Below are positions 9,645-20,349 of a stretch of DNA of 64,000 bases, piece by piece (positions within the stretch are counted from its first letter, which is position 1; every line of letters begins with the position of its first letter). The translations under genes were made by a program, and so were the position numbers. The notes below the pieces were generated by a model that saw only the letters and a program-made list of their open reading frames with translations, was not told where the DNA came from and searched no databases. Source of the stretch: Nitrospirae bacterium MYbin3 (GTDB lineage Bacteria > Nitrospirota > Thermodesulfovibrionia > Thermodesulfovibrionales > Dissulfurispiraceae); assembly GCA_002753335.1 (NCBI GenBank), contig PEAD01000001.1:139245-203244 (forward strand), given 5' to 3'.

Positions 9645-10444
9645 GCATGGACAGAAGAGACTTTTTAAAAATAGCTGGAATAACGGGACTCTTGGGCGCG
9701 GGCGTGGCTGCTGTTTCAGGCAAAATGCCCGGAATTTTAGAGGCTGCAGTGACCTCCCCCAACTCGAATGCCCTTAAAGCAAAACAGTGGGCTATGGTTA
9801 TCGACATGAGGAAATTCAAGACGCAGGATGACTATAAAAAGGTCATCCATGCCTGCCACAGCATCCACAATATACCTGAGTTCGGCAATCCGAAGGACGA
9901 GATTAAATGGATATGGACCGACAAATTCGAGCATACCTTTGTAGGTCAGGAGCATGAGCATATCAGCGAAGCGGTCAAGGAGAAGCCTTTTGTTCTTCTG
10001 TGCAATCATTGCGAAAAGCCTGCCTGCGTAAGGGTTTGTCCGACAAAGGCGACTTTTAAAAGAAATGACGGCATAGTTATGATGGACTATCACCGCTGCA
10101 TCGGATGCAGGTTCTGCATGGCAGCATGCCCGTTCGGAGCAAGAAGCTTCAACTACAGAGACCCGAGGCCGTTTATCAAAGACAACAATCCCAAATACCC
10201 GACAAGGATGAAGGGTGTTGTCGAGAAATGCACCTTCTGTGTCGAGAGGCTTGACGAGGGGCTTATGCCTGCCTGTGTCGAGGCCTGCAAAGACACCAAG
10301 GCGCTTGTTTTCGGCGACGTAGGCGACCCGGCCTCTGAGGTAAGAAAAGTGCTTAAAGATAATTTCACCATAAGGCGCAAGCCTGAACTCGGCACCAGTC
10401 CGAGCGTCTATTACATAGTAGGAGGTGGCGAGAATGCTGGATAA
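9641..10444 (+). CDS. dsrO: DsrO, periplasmic 4Fe-4S ferredoxin-like subunit
   Basis: 267-aa ORF with a twin-arginine signal ([10 protein letters not shown]) and multiple Cys clusters ([34 protein letters not shown]...CVEAC). Confidence 0.9.
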   Translation: MSMDRRDFLKIAGITGLLGAGVAAVSGKMPGILEAAVTSPNSNALKAKQWAMVIDMRKFKTQDDYKKVIHACHSIHNIPEFGNPKDEIKWIWTDKFEHTFVGQEHEHISEAVKEKPFVLLCNHCEKPACVRVCPTKATFKRNDGIVMMDYHRCIGCRFCMAACPFGARSFNYRDPRPFIKDNNPKYPTRMKGVVEKCTFCVERLDEGLMPACVEACKDTKALVFGDVGDPASEVRKVLKDNFTIRRKPELGTSPSVYYIVGGGENAG

Positions 10445-11603
10445 GGCATTAGACGGAAGCAAAAAATACTGGACATGGATCCTCTTCCTCTTAGCCGTAA
10501 TAGGCGTGGGCATGGCCAATTACATGAAGCAGTACGAGTACGGGCTTGGGGTTACAGGCATGAGCAGGGACATCTCATGGGGAGTTTATATTGCGCAGTT
10601 CACCTATCTTGTCGGCGTGGCAGCCTCTGCTGTGATGCTGATAATTCCGAAATACCTTCATGATTATAAAAAATTCGGAAAGATAGTTATACTGGGCGAG
10701 TTCCTGGCGATATCAGCAGTTACCATGTGCCTGCTTTTTATCGTGGCCGACCTTGGCCAGCCGATGAGGCTTATGAATGTAATACTTTATCCGACACCAG
10801 GCTCGATCCTGTTCTGGGACATGATAGTGCTCAACGGATATTTGTTCATCAATCTTTTGGTGGGGTGGACAACGCTTGCGGCAGAGCGGAAACAGGTGCC
10901 GCCTCCAGCATGGATAAAGCCGTTTATTTATCTTTCTATACCTTGGGCGGTCAGCATCCATACCGTAACCGCGTTTCTGTACGCAGGCCTTCCGGGCAGG
11001 CATCTCTGGCTGACCGCGATTATGGCGCCTAGATTCCTGGCTTCGGCTTTTGCTTCGGGTCCATCGCTGCTGATACTTCTCTGTCTGCTGGTCAGGAAAA
11101 TCTCAAAATTCGATCCGGGCAAAGAAGCGATACAGACCCTTGCCAAGATCGTCACCTACGCGATGATAATCAACATATTCTTCCTGGCGATGGAGTTCTT
11201 CACAGCCTTTTACAGCAACATTCCGGGCCACATGGCGCCGCTTCAGTACCTGTTCTTCGGATTCCATGGGCATGGCAATCTGGTGCCTTTCATGTGGGCG
11301 TCCGTAATAATTGGAATTGCATCCGTAGGCCTGCTTATCAATCCTGCTACCCGCCAGAATGAGAAGATACTTGCATTTGCGGCCGCAGGCATCTTTATCG
11401 CAACATGGATAGACAAGGGCATAGGGCTGGTTATCGGAGGCTTTATCCCTAATATGTTTGAGACGGTGACCGAATATTCCGCTACAGGAACCGAGATATC
11501 CATAGCCCTCGGCATCTGGGCCATCGGCGCGCTGGTGCTTACCGTGCTGTACAAAATAGCTATATCAGTAAAAGAAGAGACCGGCGGAGAAGAAGTTCAC
11601 TAA
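10425..11603 (+). CDS. dsrP: DsrP, NrfD/PsrC-family integral membrane quinone-interacting subunit
   Basis: 392-aa ORF with about 10 hydrophobic helices. Overlaps the dsrO 3' end by 20 nt. Last gene of the dsrMKJOP series. Confidence 0.9.
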   Translation: MARMLDKALDGSKKYWTWILFLLAVIGVGMANYMKQYEYGLGVTGMSRDISWGVYIAQFTYLVGVAASAVMLIIPKYLHDYKKFGKIVILGEFLAISAVTMCLLFIVADLGQPMRLMNVILYPTPGSILFWDMIVLNGYLFINLLVGWTTLAAERKQVPPPAWIKPFIYLSIPWAVSIHTVTAFLYAGLPGRHLWLTAIMAPRFLASAFASGPSLLILLCLLVRKISKFDPGKEAIQTLAKIVTYAMIINIFFLAMEFFTAFYSNIPGHMAPLQYLFFGFHGHGNLVPFMWASVIIGIASVGLLINPATRQNEKILAFAAAGIFIATWIDKGIGLVIGGFIPNMFETVTEYSATGTEISIALGIWAIGALVLTVLYKIAISVKEETGGEEVH

Positions 11604-11620
11604 CCGCTTGCTGATTTCAG

Positions 11621-11660
11621 AAATGGGCAATCCCGAAGAGGGGTTGCCCATTTGTTTTTT
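11621..11660 (+). terminator. Rho-independent terminator after dsrP
   Basis: Stem AATGGGCAA...TTGCCCATT enclosing a CCC-GAAG-AGGGG sub-stem, followed by TGTTTTTT. Confidence 0.6.
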
Positions 11661-11711
11661 GGATAAAATAAACGCTATAGTTGCAGCATTTAAATTGATA
11701 GTTATCGGAAA

Positions 11712-12941
11712 ATGAGCCCATCTACGATTAAAAATATTGATTTTTATTTAGGCAGGCCTCTTTGCTTTATTCTTACGGCATACGATCGCCTGAAAAGATT
11801 TGTTTTTGGAAAGCCCTCGAAAAAAGAAGTCCGCAAAATTGTTTTTATAAAGCTAGTGGAGCAGGGCGCTACGGTTCTCGCATATCCTTCTTTAAAAAGG
11901 GCTGTTGATGCTGTCGGAAGTGATAATGTTTATTTTTGTGTTTTTAAAGAAAACCGTCCGATTCTTGATATCCTTGACATTATTCCGGCCAAGAATATTT
12001 TTGAAATAAGCAACGACAATCCGCTGGTTTTTGCCCGTGATATGCTCTGCTTTTTCTTCAGAAGCAGACGGCTTAAGATCGACACCTCCATCGACATGGA
12101 GTTTTTTTCCCGAGCCTCTGCCATTATAAGTTATCTTTGCGGAGCCTCAAACAGAATAGGCTATCATAGGTACACAAGCGAATATCCATATCGTGGGAAT
12201 CTTATGACTCAGAGGGTTCAGTATAATCCGTATATTCATGTGGCCAAGGCATACATGATACTGACCGAGGCCGCGTTTATGTCTCCTGATGAAATCCCGG
12301 TTGCTAAAATCAAAACAGATACACTGAAACTCTATTTTGCAAAACTAGCGTCTTTGCAAGAGAATTTGCAAAAGGTCAAGGATATGCTTCAGGAGCATGG
12401 GTTAAGCGAGTTTGGGAATCATCTGGTTATACTTAATCCGAACGCGGGCGATATGCTGCCACTCAGGAAATGGGCGGCCGAAAATTTTGTCAGGCTTGCG
12501 AAGCGTCTTCTTGAATCGGATCCTAATATTGCGATTGTGCTTACAGGGGCATTGTCAGAACAGGCTGCGGTCGAAAGCATCCGCAGAGAGATTGGATCCG
12601 ACAGGACCGTGAATCTTGCTGGGAAAACAACTTTGAAAGAGCTTCTAACTCTTTATTCTATAGCGGATGTTCTTGTAACAAACGACAGCGGGCCGGGCCA
12701 TTTTGCGACGCTTACGGATATTGCGGAAGTAATCTTGTTCGGGCCTGAGACACCGGATTTGTTTGGGCCTATAGGACGGAATGTTGAGTATGTTTGCGTC
12801 GAATTATCCTGCAGCCCATGCGTTAATGTTTTCAATCACCGCTTTTCTCCCTGTAAGGATAATGTCTGCATGAAAAGCATTAGTGCTGATTCGGTCTTCG
12901 AAAAAGTTACACATCTGCTCAGTGTTAAACACAGGAGTTAG
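11712..12941 (+). CDS. Glycosyltransferase family 9 (heptosyltransferase-like)
   Basis: 409-aa ORF with the GT9 C-terminal signature VTNDSGPGHFA and a following CSPC motif. Confidence 0.85.
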   Translation: MSPSTIKNIDFYLGRPLCFILTAYDRLKRFVFGKPSKKEVRKIVFIKLVEQGATVLAYPSLKRAVDAVGSDNVYFCVFKENRPILDILDIIPAKNIFEISNDNPLVFARDMLCFFFRSRRLKIDTSIDMEFFSRASAIISYLCGASNRIGYHRYTSEYPYRGNLMTQRVQYNPYIHVAKAYMILTEAAFMSPDEIPVAKIKTDTLKLYFAKLASLQENLQKVKDMLQEHGLSEFGNHLVILNPNAGDMLPLRKWAAENFVRLAKRLLESDPNIAIVLTGALSEQAAVESIRREIGSDRTVNLAGKTTLKELLTLYSIADVLVTNDSGPGHFATLTDIAEVILFGPETPDLFGPIGRNVEYVCVELSCSPCVNVFNHRFSPCKDNVCMKSISADSVFEKVTHLLSVKHRS

Positions 12942-12942
12942 G

Positions 12943-14610
12943 TTGTTTACTAAAACGCTTAAACACAGCAAAAAATTAACCGGCTATATCCTTTTGATTG
13001 CCATAGCTCTTGTTTTAAGTTCGGTCATGATGTTTGGCCACATTTTTCCGCTGGACTCAATTTTTAAAGGACATAAGCCTTATGATCCGGGCATTATGGT
13101 ATGGAATCTTTATACGGTTAATGAAGCGGTTAAAACAGGCGCACAACTGTTTCATACTAATATGATTTTTTATCCAAATGGAACAAGCCTTGGCAATCAC
13201 ACGCTCGGAATAGGCTACTTCCCGCTGACTTTTTTTGTTGATATGATTTCGGGCGGAAGTCCGCTGTATCCGGTATATGCGCTTAATCTCTGCATTTTAT
13301 GTTGTTTTGCCGGTCTTTTTCTTTTTTCATACCTGACCTTAACAGAGCTAGGATATAAACCTCTTGAGTCGGCTGCGCCGGCTATAGCCTTTTCTTTTTG
13401 CAACTTCCTTACTCTGCACAGCTTTGCGTTGAACCTTATAGGGGCTTTTGTTCTACCGCTTACAGCATATCTTGCGCTGCGCTTTTATAAAACCAAGTCA
13501 TTCGGTTATGGACTTGCTCTTTCATTCAGTCTTGGCGGTATGATCTACTTCACAGAATTTTCTTTTTTTGTATTTATCTCATCTGTTTTGTTGTTGATTG
13601 TTTTATTGGTTTTTCCGGCACAAAGAAGCCTAATTCTTAATTTTATTCGGTCTATTAAAATGACCCATATTGTTTTTTTTGGGTGCGTTACATTGGGCAT
13701 AATGTTCCCATATCTGTTTGCATGGTTTAGCGCTGAATCTGCAAAGCCGCTGGCAATAGAAAGAGTGGCTTATTCAGCTAATTTTATCGATTTTGTTTTG
13801 CCGAGAGAGCACAACCATTTTTTTTATGCCAAATTGTTTGGTGGCATATATTCGTTTCTCACCAACACGCTTACGACCGAAGAGTCATTTATAGGCTATC
13901 CATTAATTTTATTTAGTGTTATCGCGCTGCTGGTTGGGGACAGGTCTCGGATTAAAACCCCGTGTATTATGGCGTTTGTTTTCTTTGTCTTAAGCCTTGG
14001 CCCCAAACTAAAGCTGTTAAATGGAGTCACCGAGATACCGATGCCGTATTCATTATTTGAATCGTTGCCTTTTTTTAGTCAATTCCGGACACCGGTGCGT
14101 TTGATTGTATTCGGAATGTTCTTTTTGATGATAGCAAGCGCTGAAGGAATATCGGTTGTTGTTAATAAATTGAGGCATAAGGCAGGAGGCCTTGCAGGAA
14201 CAATTATTATCTGCTTTTTTATTTTTTGGACCGTTGCTGAGGTTTATCCCGGCACCCCTTCAAAGGAACCGGTATCTCAGTCAATTATCGATTTGCATAA
14301 TAAGGTTTTGGGTCCGGTCATAAATCTTCCTATTGTTTTTCGCGACGGGCATGCATTGTTGCTGCAAATATTTCATCGTAAGCCTATGGCAACAGGAGAT
14401 GTGTCGAGATTTTCTCAGGACACATTAACACATTTCAAAACCCTTAAAGATATGTTTGCCGAAATGCCGGACAATTTGTGCAGCAGGCTCGAAAACTATG
14501 GATACAAAACCGCAATTATTTCTCAGGAGTTGCCTGAGAGCGCATCGCAAACAGTCCAAAAATGCAATTTGCAGATAATAGATATTTCAACCAAGACCTT
14601 CAAAAATTAA
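12943..14610 (+). CDS. Polytopic membrane protein, GT-C-like (ArnT/PMT-like, tentative)
   Basis: The open frame begins at 12883. The preferred start is TTG 12943, 5 nt after AGGAG and 2 nt after the GT9 stop. At least 10 hydrophobic helices are followed by a soluble C-terminal region of about 120 aa. No diagnostic motif recognised. Confidence 0.65.
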   Translation: MFTKTLKHSKKLTGYILLIAIALVLSSVMMFGHIFPLDSIFKGHKPYDPGIMVWNLYTVNEAVKTGAQLFHTNMIFYPNGTSLGNHTLGIGYFPLTFFVDMISGGSPLYPVYALNLCILCCFAGLFLFSYLTLTELGYKPLESAAPAIAFSFCNFLTLHSFALNLIGAFVLPLTAYLALRFYKTKSFGYGLALSFSLGGMIYFTEFSFFVFISSVLLLIVLLVFPAQRSLILNFIRSIKMTHIVFFGCVTLGIMFPYLFAWFSAESAKPLAIERVAYSANFIDFVLPREHNHFFYAKLFGGIYSFLTNTLTTEESFIGYPLILFSVIALLVGDRSRIKTPCIMAFVFFVLSLGPKLKLLNGVTEIPMPYSLFESLPFFSQFRTPVRLIVFGMFFLMIASAEGISVVVNKLRHKAGGLAGTIIICFFIFWTVAEVYPGTPSKEPVSQSIIDLHNKVLGPVINLPIVFRDGHALLLQIFHRKPMATGDVSRFSQDTLTHFKTLKDMFAEMPDNLCSRLENYGYKTAIISQELPESASQTVQKCNLQIIDISTKTFKN

Positions 14611-14678
14611 AAATATCAATGCTGACAGTAGCTTGTTGGTTGTGTTATTTTAATTAACTTTACTTATAGAGGAGCATT

Positions 14679-15143
14679 ATGCAGGGAAAGATAGTGTCAA
14701 TCAATATCAGCGACAAAAAGGGCGTCAGGAAAACTCCGGTTAAAACGGCTGTGATTATTGAAAATAAAGGCATTGAAGGCGATGCGCACGCATCCGGAGA
14801 CTGGCACAGGCAGGTTAGCCTGCTTGCTATAGAAAGCGTTAGGAAGATGCAAGCGCTCGGACTTGATGTTAAGCCCGGAGATTTTGCCGAAAACATTACA
14901 ACCGAAGGCATCGATCTGATTTCTCTTCCGCTCGAAACACGGATGAAAATCGGTGAAGAAGTGCTCGGAGAAGTCACTCAAATAGGCAAGGAATGCCACA
15001 CCCGCTGCGCTATTTACGATCAGGCGGGCGACTGCGTAATGCCTAAAGAGGGGATTTTTATCAGGATATTAAAGGGCGGCACCATCCGCGTCGGCGATGA
15101 GATTATCGCCAAGCTTAGATTGTCGCCTGAAGCGTACGGCTAA
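14679..15143 (+). CDS. MOSC domain protein
   Basis: 154-aa ORF with a beta-barrel MOSC-like sequence (GIEGDAH...WHRQVSLL...PGDFAENITTEG). GAGGAG RBS. Adjacent to mog. Confidence 0.78.
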   Translation: MQGKIVSINISDKKGVRKTPVKTAVIIENKGIEGDAHASGDWHRQVSLLAIESVRKMQALGLDVKPGDFAENITTEGIDLISLPLETRMKIGEEVLGEVTQIGKECHTRCAIYDQAGDCVMPKEGIFIRILKGGTIRVGDEIIAKLRLSPEAYG

Positions 15144-15148
15144 AAACG

Positions 15149-15631
15149 ATGATAAAGATCGCTGTGCTCACACTTAGTGACAAAGGGGCGCGCGGTGAAC
15201 GGCAAGACGAGAGCGGACCTGCGATAAAAACGGCGCTTCAGGATTTTGGTGATGTAGTTAACTACGATATGCTCCCCGATGAAATGGAGCTCATTAAAGA
15301 AAAACTCATAGAATACTCTGGAAAGGTTGATTTGATAATAACAACCGGAGGCACAGGATTGTCGCCACGGGATGTAACTCCGGAGGCCACTCTTGCTGTG
15401 ATAGAGAGGCAGATTCCGGGGATAGCGGAGACTATGCGAAACGAAAGCCTTAAGAAAACTAGGCGGGCGATGCTTTCGCGGGCGGTTGCCGGAGTTAGAG
15501 GCGGTACGCTTATAATAAATATGCCGGGCAGTCCGGCAGCGGTAAGGGAGCAGTTGGAGATTATCGCTGATGTGCTGCCGCACGCGATAGAAAAAATCAA
15601 AGGCGACCCTGCGGATTGCGCCCGCACTTAA
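15149..15631 (+). CDS. mog: MogA/MoaB-family molybdopterin adenylyltransferase
   Basis: 160-aa ORF with the TTGGTGLSPRDVTPEAT motif typical of the MoaB/MogA fold. Confidence 0.87.
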   Translation: MIKIAVLTLSDKGARGERQDESGPAIKTALQDFGDVVNYDMLPDEMELIKEKLIEYSGKVDLIITTGGTGLSPRDVTPEATLAVIERQIPGIAETMRNESLKKTRRAMLSRAVAGVRGGTLIINMPGSPAAVREQLEIIADVLPHAIEKIKGDPADCART

Positions 15632-15650
15632 TGAGAAGACAGGTTAAAAA

Positions 15651-16364
15651 ATGACAACAACGGTTTCTTTCCCGCTCGCATTTTTGGCAGGCATCCTTTC
15701 TTTTCTCTCGCCCTGCGTTCTTCCGCTCGTTCCGGCTTATGTTTCGTTCATAACCGGGCTTTCTCTCGATGAACTGAAGCACACCCCTAAAGCCTCAAAG
15801 ACTATGGGCAACACACTTGCGTTCGTAGGAGGTTTTTCGGCCGTGTTCATATCTCTCGGCGCTTCTTCTTCGATGCTCGGCGGACTTTTAATGCAGTATC
15901 AGGATTATCTGAGAATAGGCGGCGGAATACTCACGATTATATTCGGACTTTTTATAGCAGGTTTTCTAAAGCTTGATTTTTTGATGAGGGAAAAAAGATT
16001 TCATATCAAAGAAGGCCCCACCGGATACGTAGGCGCGTTTCTTATCGGGATGAGCTTTGCAGCCGGATGGACGCCCTGCATAGGCCCGATTCTCGGCACC
16101 ATATTGATTTATGCAAGCTCTCAGGCCTCGGCCTTTTATGGGATGCAGCTGCTGACAGTTTATTCTCTCGGTTTTGCCATCCCTTTTATACTCTCCACTT
16201 TGGCGATAAATTTTTTCTTCACATATACCAGAAAAATCCATCAGTTCATGCGCGTCATAATGATTATGAGCGGATTAATTTTAATCGTTTTCGGTGTGAT
16301 ACTTTTGACCGACAACCTTCGCCAGCTTACGGCGATATTCCCGGACTTCGGGATCAAAATTTAG
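15651..16364 (+). CDS. ccdA: Cytochrome c biogenesis thiol-disulfide transporter, CcdA/DsbD family
   Basis: 237-aa, six-helix membrane ORF with conserved Cys in LSPCVLPLVP and GWTPCIGPILG. Confidence 0.87.
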   Translation: MTTTVSFPLAFLAGILSFLSPCVLPLVPAYVSFITGLSLDELKHTPKASKTMGNTLAFVGGFSAVFISLGASSSMLGGLLMQYQDYLRIGGGILTIIFGLFIAGFLKLDFLMREKRFHIKEGPTGYVGAFLIGMSFAAGWTPCIGPILGTILIYASSQASAFYGMQLLTVYSLGFAIPFILSTLAINFFFTYTRKIHQFMRVIMIMSGLILIVFGVILLTDNLRQLTAIFPDFGIKI

Positions 16365-16367
16365 AAT

Positions 16368-18911
16368 ATGAAAGAGCGTTTCGACTTTAACGAAATAGAG
16401 CCGAAGTGGCAGAAATACTGGGCTGAAGAGGCCGCAGCCAAATCATCTGCTGATGCCTCGAAAAAGAAGTTCTACTGCCTTGAGATGTTCCCGTACCCTT
16501 CCGGCAAGATTCATATGGGCCATGTGAGGAATTATGCTATAGGCGATGTTATAGCCCGATATAAACGCATGCGCGGTTTCAATGTGCTTCACCCTATGGG
16601 CTGGGACGCTTTTGGAATGCCAGCAGAAAACGCCGCTATAAAAAATAAGGTACATCCTTCAAAATGGACATATGAAAATGTTGCCTCTATGAAACAGCAG
16701 CTCGACAGGCTTGGTCTGAGCTATGACTGGGACAGGGAAGTCACAACCTGCAATCCTGAATACTATCGCTGGAACCAGTGGTTTTTTCTTAAGATGCTCG
16801 AAAAAGGGCTTGCCTACAGGAAAACTTCATTTGTAAACTGGTGTCCCTCTTGCGCCACTGTGCTGGCCAATGAGCAGGTGGTTGACAACGGCTGCTGGCG
16901 CTGCGATTCTGTTGTTGTTCAGAAAGAGCTTGAGCAGTGGTTTTTCCGGATAACCCGCTATGCCGAAGAACTGCTTCAGGGTTGTGATGACTTAAGCGGC
17001 TGGCCCGAACGGGTTGCGGTGATGCAGAAAAACTGGATAGGCAAGAGCGAAGGCGCAGAAGTGGATTTTGCGATAGAGGGCAGGAGCGAGAAACTAAAGA
17101 TTTTTACCACCCGTCCCGACACTCTTTTTGGCGTTACCTTTATGTGCATTGCTGCTGCTCATCCGCTTGCAGAAACGCTTACAAAAGATAAAACCGCCTT
17201 AGAAGTGGTCAAGGCCAAATACGGCAAAGAAGATGATAAGGTTGGACACTTTACCGGACAATATGCGATAAACCCGCTCAACAATGAGCGGGTGCCGATT
17301 TATATTGCAAACTTTGTTCTCATGGAATACGGAACCGGCGCGATAATGTCGGTGCCTGCGCATGACCAGAGAGATTTTGAGTTTGCAAAAAAATACGGCC
17401 TGCCCATAAAAACAGTGATTCAGTCAACAGTCGGCAGTCGGCAGTCGGACGAATCTCTTACAGAAGCTTTCGAAGGCGAAGGCGTTCTAATTAATTCAGG
17501 AAAATTCAGCGGCGCTAAAAACAGCGAAGCAAAAGGTGCGATAGCAGCTTTTGTAGAGGCGCAGGGATTAGGCAAAAAGACTATCAAATATAAACTCAGG
17601 GATTGGGGAATATCCCGTCAGCGCTATTGGGGCACGCCGATACCGATAATCTATTGCGAAAAATGCGGAGCAGTGCCTGTACCAGAAAAAGATCTGCCCG
17701 TAATCCTGCCCGAAGCAGTGCAGTTCAGCGGCACCGGCGGCTCGCCGCTTCTCGATATAAAAGATTTTGTGAATGCCGAATGCCCTAAATGCAAAGTACC
17801 TGCACGCAGAGAAACCGATACTATGGATACATTTGTGGATTCTTCTTGGTATTTTATACGCTACTGTTCCAAGAAAGGCGAAGAGCCTTTGAATAAAAAC
17901 AACATCGCTTATTGGATGCCTGTTGATCAGTATATTGGCGGCATAGAGCATGCTGTGCTTCATCTCCTCTATTCCCGATTTTTCACCAGATGCCTGCGTG
18001 ACCTTGGCATAATCACTCAAAGCGAACCATTCGGCAATCTTCTAACGCAGGGGATGGTCTGCAAAGAAACATGGAAATGTCCTGAACACGGCTGGCTTTT
18101 TCCTGAAGAAGTTTCTAACGGCCAATGCCCGCAATGCGGAAATGCTGTTGACAAAGGCCGGGTCGAGAAGATGTCGAAGTCCAAGAAGAATGTTATCGAT
18201 CCGGACGCACTTATAAAAAGGTACGGCGCCGATACTATGCGGCTGTTCTCGCTGTTTGCCGCGCCTCCAGAGAGAGACCTTGAGTGGGCTGATCAGGGGG
18301 TTGAGGGCGCATACAGATTTTTGCATAAAATCTGGAGTCTTGTTTTCAGGTGCAGGCAGGACATTTTAAAAGGAAAAGAGATTGCATCTAAAAATGGTTA
18401 TTCCCCTGCAGTTACGCCGCTGCTCAGAAAAACTCACCAGACAATTAAAAAGGTAACCACTGACATAGAAAAAGATTATCATTTCAACACCGCAATCGCG
18501 GCTATGATGGAGCTTGTGAACGAGATGGCATCTTTTAAAACCGAAAAGGACGAGGATAGGGCAGTTTTTTTCGTCGCAATAAAAAATCTGGTTCTTATGC
18601 TTTCTCCGTTCGCGCCCCACTTTTCGGAAGAGTTGTGGCTCGAAATTGGAGAACTCCCCGGCATCTATAAGCATGCGTGGCCTGAATGGAACAAAGAATT
18701 TGCTGAGGATGAAGATGTTGAGCTGGTGGTTCAGGTCAATGGAAAATTGAAGGCAAAACTGCTCGTTCCTGCCGGGCTTTCTGATGAAGAGGCAAAAGAC
18801 AGGGCTCTAAATGATGCTAAGATAAAAGAGGCTACGGAAGGGAAGACCATAAAAAAAGTGATTGTAGTCAAAGGCAGCTTGGTAAACATAGTGGTAGGGG
18901 GCGGTGCGTGA
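16368..18911 (+). CDS. leuS: Leucyl-tRNA synthetase
   Basis: 847-aa ORF with the class I HIGH-type motif ([12 protein letters not shown]) and KMSKS ([10 protein letters not shown]). Confidence 0.97.
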   Translation: MKERFDFNEIEPKWQKYWAEEAAAKSSADASKKKFYCLEMFPYPSGKIHMGHVRNYAIGDVIARYKRMRGFNVLHPMGWDAFGMPAENAAIKNKVHPSKWTYENVASMKQQLDRLGLSYDWDREVTTCNPEYYRWNQWFFLKMLEKGLAYRKTSFVNWCPSCATVLANEQVVDNGCWRCDSVVVQKELEQWFFRITRYAEELLQGCDDLSGWPERVAVMQKNWIGKSEGAEVDFAIEGRSEKLKIFTTRPDTLFGVTFMCIAAAHPLAETLTKDKTALEVVKAKYGKEDDKVGHFTGQYAINPLNNERVPIYIANFVLMEYGTGAIMSVPAHDQRDFEFAKKYGLPIKTVIQSTVGSRQSDESLTEAFEGEGVLINSGKFSGAKNSEAKGAIAAFVEAQGLGKKTIKYKLRDWGISRQRYWGTPIPIIYCEKCGAVPVPEKDLPVILPEAVQFSGTGGSPLLDIKDFVNAECPKCKVPARRETDTMDTFVDSSWYFIRYCSKKGEEPLNKNNIAYWMPVDQYIGGIEHAVLHLLYSRFFTRCLRDLGIITQSEPFGNLLTQGMVCKETWKCPEHGWLFPEEVSNGQCPQCGNAVDKGRVEKMSKSKKNVIDPDALIKRYGADTMRLFSLFAAPPERDLEWADQGVEGAYRFLHKIWSLVFRCRQDILKGKEIASKNGYSPAVTPLLRKTHQTIKKVTTDIEKDYHFNTAIAAMMELVNEMASFKTEKDEDRAVFFVAIKNLVLMLSPFAPHFSEELWLEIGELPGIYKHAWPEWNKEFAEDEDVELVVQVNGKLKAKLLVPAGLSDEEAKDRALNDAKIKEATEGKTIKKVIVVKGSLVNIVVGGGA
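17421..17448 (+). repeat. Heptanucleotide tandem repeat inside leuS
   Basis: CAGTCAA CAGTCGG CAGTCGG CAGTCGG (one imperfect and three perfect units), encoding QSTVGSRQS within the coding frame. Confidence 0.9.
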
Positions 18912-19432
18912 ACAGGAAATATATTTGTGTTTTTCTTTTTAGTGCGCTTCTTTTGGTTAATGCCTGCGGCTATGCGGTGCGCGGCAAGGCAGAGCTTCCA
19001 TTTGATTCTATTGCGTTTGGGAGCATACAAAATCATACACTTGAACCTAAGCTGCAGGACAAACTCAACAGGGCTCTTGCAGAAACTTTTGCCTCCTATG
19101 GGTTTAGGCTTAGTTCCTCCGCAAAATACAGGATAGAGGCGGACGTAACAAAATTTACACTGACAGCACTTTCTGAACAGGAGCTGACAGCCTCTGAGTA
19201 TGAAATATCGATACTTGCCGACTTCAGGTTGATAGATATCGAGAAAAACACAACTAAAAAGATTGAGGGCACAGATCCCTTCAGAACATCGTTTGCTGCC
19301 GTAAGCCCTCTCGAAAACTTGACCGCCCAAAAAGAGCTGGCTATGGATCGTGCGGTCAAAAATCTGGCCGAAGAGCTTGCACGAAGCATTGTCTATGGCC
19401 TGTCCACCACGCCTGAATTCAAGAAAAAATGA
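18908..19432 (+). CDS. lptE: LptE-like outer-membrane lipoprotein
   Basis: 174-aa ORF with a GTG start overlapping the leuS stop (GTGA). Lipobox LLVNAC. Conserved position between leuS and holA. Confidence 0.6.
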   Translation: MNRKYICVFLFSALLLVNACGYAVRGKAELPFDSIAFGSIQNHTLEPKLQDKLNRALAETFASYGFRLSSSAKYRIEADVTKFTLTALSEQELTASEYEISILADFRLIDIEKNTTKKIEGTDPFRTSFAAVSPLENLTAQKELAMDRAVKNLAEELARSIVYGLSTTPEFKKK

Positions 19433-20337
19433 GCATTAAACAGTTTCAGCAGGAGCTTGCAAATCGTATGCCGGCGCCAGTTTACCTTATTCATTCAGAA
19501 GAATATTTTTTGCTTCATGAGGCGATGGTTTCTATAAAACAGGTCTTCGCGGATGCAGGAGATTTCGGTCTGGATGTTTTTGATGCAGCATCATCCGATG
19601 ACAGCAGGCCTGTAGAAGGGATTGTGGATGTCCTTAACACAATGCCGTTTATGTCCGAAAGGCGCATCGTGCTTCTTTTCAGCGCCCAGAAAATCAAAAA
19701 GAAGGAGATTGGACCTATAGAGAAATATCTTGCCAACCCCTCAGCCTCCACTCTTTTTGTGATTTTTTATGAGGGCAAATCAAAAGATATGAACAAGCTT
19801 TTTGATTCGGGTGTTTTGAATTCTGTTAAATCAATTCCGATGACGCTTTACGAAAAAGACCTTCCGGTCTGGGTAGCGTCTATTGCAAAAAAGAAAGGCA
19901 TAAGCTTTACCAGCGATGCGATAAATTATCTGATAATGCATGCGGGGAACGATCTGGGTATGCTGCATTCCGAGATAGAAAAATTTGCGAGCTGGGGCTC
20001 CGGCCGGCCTGTGGATACCGGAGATATAAGGGCCGCCGTATATGCGAGCGCAGAGTATGATGCTTTTACCCTATGCAAAGCTATCGAAAAAGGGGATACT
20101 CGTGCGGCTTTTAAGATTTACGAAAAGCTGGGCAAGGGCATTGAGGACCAGATGCTTTTGGGCGCGATTAACTACTCAGTTTCCCCAAAGCCTTTCAAGC
20201 CGGCCGGCCCTACAGACGATAAAAAACTCTCAGGGGTTTATAAGCTGCTGCATGAAGCGGATATAGCGGTTAAACAGTCCAAAAGCTTTGTCATAGACGA
20301 GCTGATAATAAAACTTTCCAAGCTGCAAAAGGCATAG
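19429..20337 (+). CDS. holA: DNA polymerase III delta subunit
   Basis: 302-aa ORF overlapping the lptE stop (ATGA). Length and leuS-lptE-holA synteny fit, with a delta-subunit-like N-terminal region (PVYLIHSEEYFL). Confidence 0.8.
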   Translation: MSIKQFQQELANRMPAPVYLIHSEEYFLLHEAMVSIKQVFADAGDFGLDVFDAASSDDSRPVEGIVDVLNTMPFMSERRIVLLFSAQKIKKKEIGPIEKYLANPSASTLFVIFYEGKSKDMNKLFDSGVLNSVKSIPMTLYEKDLPVWVASIAKKKGISFTSDAINYLIMHAGNDLGMLHSEIEKFASWGSGRPVDTGDIRAAVYASAEYDAFTLCKAIEKGDTRAAFKIYEKLGKGIEDQMLLGAINYSVSPKPFKPAGPTDDKKLSGVYKLLHEADIAVKQSKSFVIDELIIKLSKLQKA

Positions 20338-20349
20338 TACGGAGGCTTC

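Noticed and set aside
9737-10519. 260-aa ORF on the minus strand opposite dsrO
   Set aside because: It lies entirely antisense to a gene with a clear Tat signal and ferredoxin Cys motifs. It has no RBS or recognisable motifs and its composition is typical of a shadow ORF.
14611-14678. Molybdenum cofactor riboswitch upstream of the MOSC-mog pair
   Set aside because: Only 68 nt are available, with no conserved Moco-motif stems. That is too short for the element.
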